Source: Lachnospiraceae bacterium (GTDB lineage Bacteria; Bacillota; Clostridia; Lachnospirales; Lachnospiraceae). From it: a stretch of 64,000 nucleotides of DNA. Position numbers and translations under genes: made by a program. Below are positions 62,394 to 64,000 of this stretch, in pieces. The stretch spans positions 1-64,000 of the forward strand of contig JAZQQB010000009.1 of NCBI GenBank assembly GCA_045628865.1, given 5' to 3'. Position 1 is the first letter of the stretch; each line of letters opens with the position of its first letter. The notes below the pieces were generated by a model, which ran no database searches, was not told the DNA's origin, and was given only the letters and a program-made list of their open reading frames with translations.

Positions 62394-63431
62394 ATGAATA
62401 TTGTAGTATTAGCAGGTGGAACAAGTACGGAAAGAGATGTTTCTTTAATTTCAGGCAAAAAAATTTATGCAGCATTAAAGGAGAATGGCCATAAGGTAAT
62501 TCTTTGTGATGTGTTCTTAGGAATTCCAGATCATGAAGTGGACGGTTTATTTGAGAAAGAAATTGATTGGGTTGCGGGAATCAATAACATTAGTGAAACA
62601 AGTCCTGATATTGAAAAGGTGAAGGCCATGAGAGTGAATCCGGAAATTGGATTTTTTGGACCAAATGTAATCAGTCTTTGTCAAAAGGCAGATATTGTTT
62701 TTATGGCACTTCACGGAGAAAATGGTGAGAATGGTAAGATTCAGGCAGCCTTTGATCTTTTGGATATCAAATATACAGGAACAGATTATTTAAGCTCTGC
62801 CCTTTCTATGGATAAGGCTTTAACCAAAGAAATCTTTATTCAGAATGAAGTGCCTACTCCGAAAGGAACCTCCTTCCATAAGGGAGAGGAAGAGAAGGAT
62901 AATGTACCTTTCCCTAAGGTTGTGAAGGTTTCAACTGGTGGTTCTAGTGTCGGTGTATATATTGTAAATGATGAGAAAGAGTATAAGGAAGCATTAGAGG
63001 AAGCTTTCCAGTATGGGGAAGAGGTTGTTGTTGAACAGTATATCAAGGGACGTGAATTTTCAGTAGGTGTGTTAGAAGGAAAAGCACTTCCTATCATTGA
63101 GATTGCACCATTACAGGGATTTTATGATTATAAGAATAAATACCAGGCAGGAAGTACTGTTGAAACATGTCCAGCTGTGCTTTCAAAAGAAAAAACAGAG
63201 GAAATGCAGGCAGCGGCAGAAAAGGGTTATGCAGCTTTACGTTTACACACCTACGCAAGACTTGATTTTATGATGAGTGAGGTAGACGGTTCTATTTATT
63301 GTCTGGAAGCAAATACCTTACCAGGTATGACTCCAACTTCTTTACTTCCACAGGAAGCAGCAGCAGTTGGAATTGATTTTAGAGCTTTATGTGAAAAGAT
63401 TATGGAGATGTCACTCCGTAAATATCAGTAA
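62394..63431 (+). CDS. ddl: D-alanine--D-alanine ligase
   Basis: MNIVVLAGGTSTERDVSLISG N-terminus and ATP-grasp pattern, 345 aa. Confidence 0.9.
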   Translation: MNIVVLAGGTSTERDVSLISGKKIYAALKENGHKVILCDVFLGIPDHEVDGLFEKEIDWVAGINNISETSPDIEKVKAMRVNPEIGFFGPNVISLCQKADIVFMALHGENGENGKIQAAFDLLDIKYTGTDYLSSALSMDKALTKEIFIQNEVPTPKGTSFHKGEEEKDNVPFPKVVKVSTGGSSVGVYIVNDEKEYKEALEEAFQYGEEVVVEQYIKGREFSVGVLEGKALPIIEIAPLQGFYDYKNKYQAGSTVETCPAVLSKEKTEEMQAAAEKGYAALRLHTYARLDFMMSEVDGSIYCLEANTLPGMTPTSLLPQEAAAVGIDFRALCEKIMEMSLRKYQ

Positions 63432-63470
63432 AATGGCTGATGAGTTAGAAAGAGGATAAGTGTGTAAATA

Positions 63471-64000
63471 TGAAAAATATGACTTTGGAAAATATTGCAA
63501 AAGCAGTAGGAGGAGAACTTCACGCTGATGGCCTTTTAAAAGAAAAAGAGGTAGAAGGAATCGTATTGGATTCCCGTAAAATCGAAAAAGATTTTTTATT
63601 TGTAGCTACTGTAGGGGAACGTGTTGATGGTCATTCCTTTATTGCAAAGGTAAAGGAAATGGGGGCATTGGCAGTTATTTGTGAGAAGGTTCCAGAGGTT
63701 GAAATTCCATATATTCTTGTAAAGGATTCCTTTAAGGCACTTCGTGATGCAGCAAGCTTTTATAGAAGACAGCTTTCTGCAAAGGTAGTTGGAATTACAG
63801 GAAGTGTTGGAAAGACCAGTACCAAGGAAGTAATTGCAAGTGTGTTGGCTCAGAAATTCAAAGTATGCAAAACACAGGGTAATTTTAATAATGAGGTAGG
63901 TGTACCACTGACAATCTTTTCTATTAAGGATACAGATGAAATTGCGGTATTGGAAATGGGCATCAATCATTTCGGAGAAATGCATCGTTTAGGTGAGATG
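63471..64000 (+). CDS. murF: UDP-N-acetylmuramoyl-tripeptide--D-alanyl-D-alanine ligase, 5' partial (runs off window)
   Basis: VVGITGSVGKTSTKE Mur ligase P-loop; follows ddl. Confidence 0.8.

Overview
This 64 kb window looks like a low-GC Firmicutes (Clostridia-like, spore-forming) chromosomal segment. It is almost entirely coding on the + strand, and I found no rRNA, tRNA, CRISPR array, transposase or integrase. 

Reading left to right, the content is:
- **1-150:** a GC-rich hairpin cluster cut by the window edge, followed by a MecA-like adaptor gene on the minus strand.
- **1.7-8.3 kb:** spore-cortex-related genes (YaaH/YdhD-like GH18 with an SH3b domain, cwlD, a SleB-family hydrolase) interleaved with housekeeping genes (tsaC/sua5, rpiB, upp, dCMP deaminase).
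- **9.0-16.5 kb:** a complete F1Fo ATP synthase operon, atpZ-I-B-E-F-H-A-G-D-C.
- **16.5-22.7 kb:** hypothetical genes (PD-(D/E)xK-like/wHTH protein, an 850-aa anchored protein with a C39-like C-terminus, a DUF45/M48 peptidase, a polytopic membrane protein).
- **22.8-25.0 kb:** a secreted GH30 xylanase carrying CBM13 and CBM2 modules.
- **25.2-30.0 kb (most interesting):** a tight five-gene operon with no assignable function. It encodes an SPFH/Band-7 protein with a C-terminal array of zinc ribbons, a 4-TM protein, a zinc-ribbon protein, a large coiled-coil two-TM protein and a small acidic ORF.
- **30.0-33.4 kb:** a T-box(Ile) leader and ileS.
- **33.6-40.3 kb:** a YesM/YesN-like HK/AraC-type response regulator pair with a CUT1 sugar ABC transporter.
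- **40.5-44.5 kb:** pncB, a YjjG-like HAD nucleotidase, an MBL hydrolase and a divergent ThyX-like protein with a Cys-rich tail.
- **44.6-47.7 kb:** an unusual HK-NfeD-FloA(flotillin)-LytTR response regulator operon.
- **47.9-64.0 kb:** glgP, a membrane bPH2 protein with DNPYA tandem repeats (minus strand), aconitase, a GGDEF response regulator, an EF-hand-like protein, a degenerate-M23 protein, a GH16 laminarinase with four CBM modules, a lipoprotein with a GH9 N-terminal Ig-like domain, ddl, and the 5' part of murF.

Gene starts were refined from RBS placement; several six-frame ORF starts are over-extended. All calls rest on motif and architecture recognition by eye. Nothing was verified by database search.
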